Below, piece by piece: positions 63,661-64,000 of a stretch of DNA of 64,000 bases. The notes below the pieces were generated by a model that was given only the letters and a program-made list of their open reading frames with translations, was not told where the DNA came from and did no database searches. The position numbers and the translations under genes were made by a program. The number at the start of each line of letters is the position of its first letter. Positions within the stretch are counted from its first letter, which is position 1. This DNA comes from Macrostomum hystrix (Eukaryota; Animalia; Platyhelminthes). The stretch lies in contig CATNEN010000026.1 in NCBI GenBank assembly GCA_950097015.1, positions 682,001-746,000 on the forward strand. The letters are read 5' to 3'.

Positions 63661-64000
63661 AGGGAGGTTGTAGTCTATGGAATATTTATATTTCTGAACC
63701 ATATCGGCCACTATTAGTAGCGAGTTTGGTCAGCGTGACTGGAAAATATAGTAGTGTAAAAAATCAGATGCATAAACTGATAGCACTCAATCAGCTGCCA
63801 TAACCATAGCCAACGAATAAAAGTGCTTAGATCGAAGAAATCGATAATTTGACGAGTGTGCGATCTTTATTGATCAAAAGAACGTTTTAGTACTCATAGT
63901 TTCCTTAATTGACGAACACAGATATTGGACACCTTGGCTACAGTATTTGGCGCTTGATTACCGATAGCAAGTCAAGGAAATATTCCAGAATAGTTTAGAA

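Overview
Eukaryotic (animal) genomic DNA with spliceosomal GT-AG introns and a very high density of locus-specific mini- and microsatellites. The style suggests a Macrostomum-like flatworm, but that is an unverified inference. Most long ORFs in the supplied track are artefacts of tandem repeats. Genes I could reconstruct by hand with phase-consistent splice junctions: maelstrom (HMG + MAEL), a Rac/RhoG-subfamily GTPase, a 5-exon minus-strand gene fusing a split Gcn5-type GNAT acetyltransferase domain to a C-terminal PARP/ART-like domain (the most unusual item), VTI1A, ATAD1/Msp1, and the 5' part of an uncharacterised MGxCxC/polyQ protein. Single-exon ORFs: two near-identical double-domain METTL24-like methyltransferases and an R9AP/R7BP-like RGS anchor. 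A secreted PAN + LamG-like gene is present with partly unresolved junctions. Also present: a CYP2-like pseudogene fragment, a DIRS/Ngaro remnant, two Ty3/gypsy remnants, a foldback MITE with an 8-bp TSD, and a duplication whose blocks are in circularly permuted order. All domain calls come from motif recognition by eye; no database searches were run.
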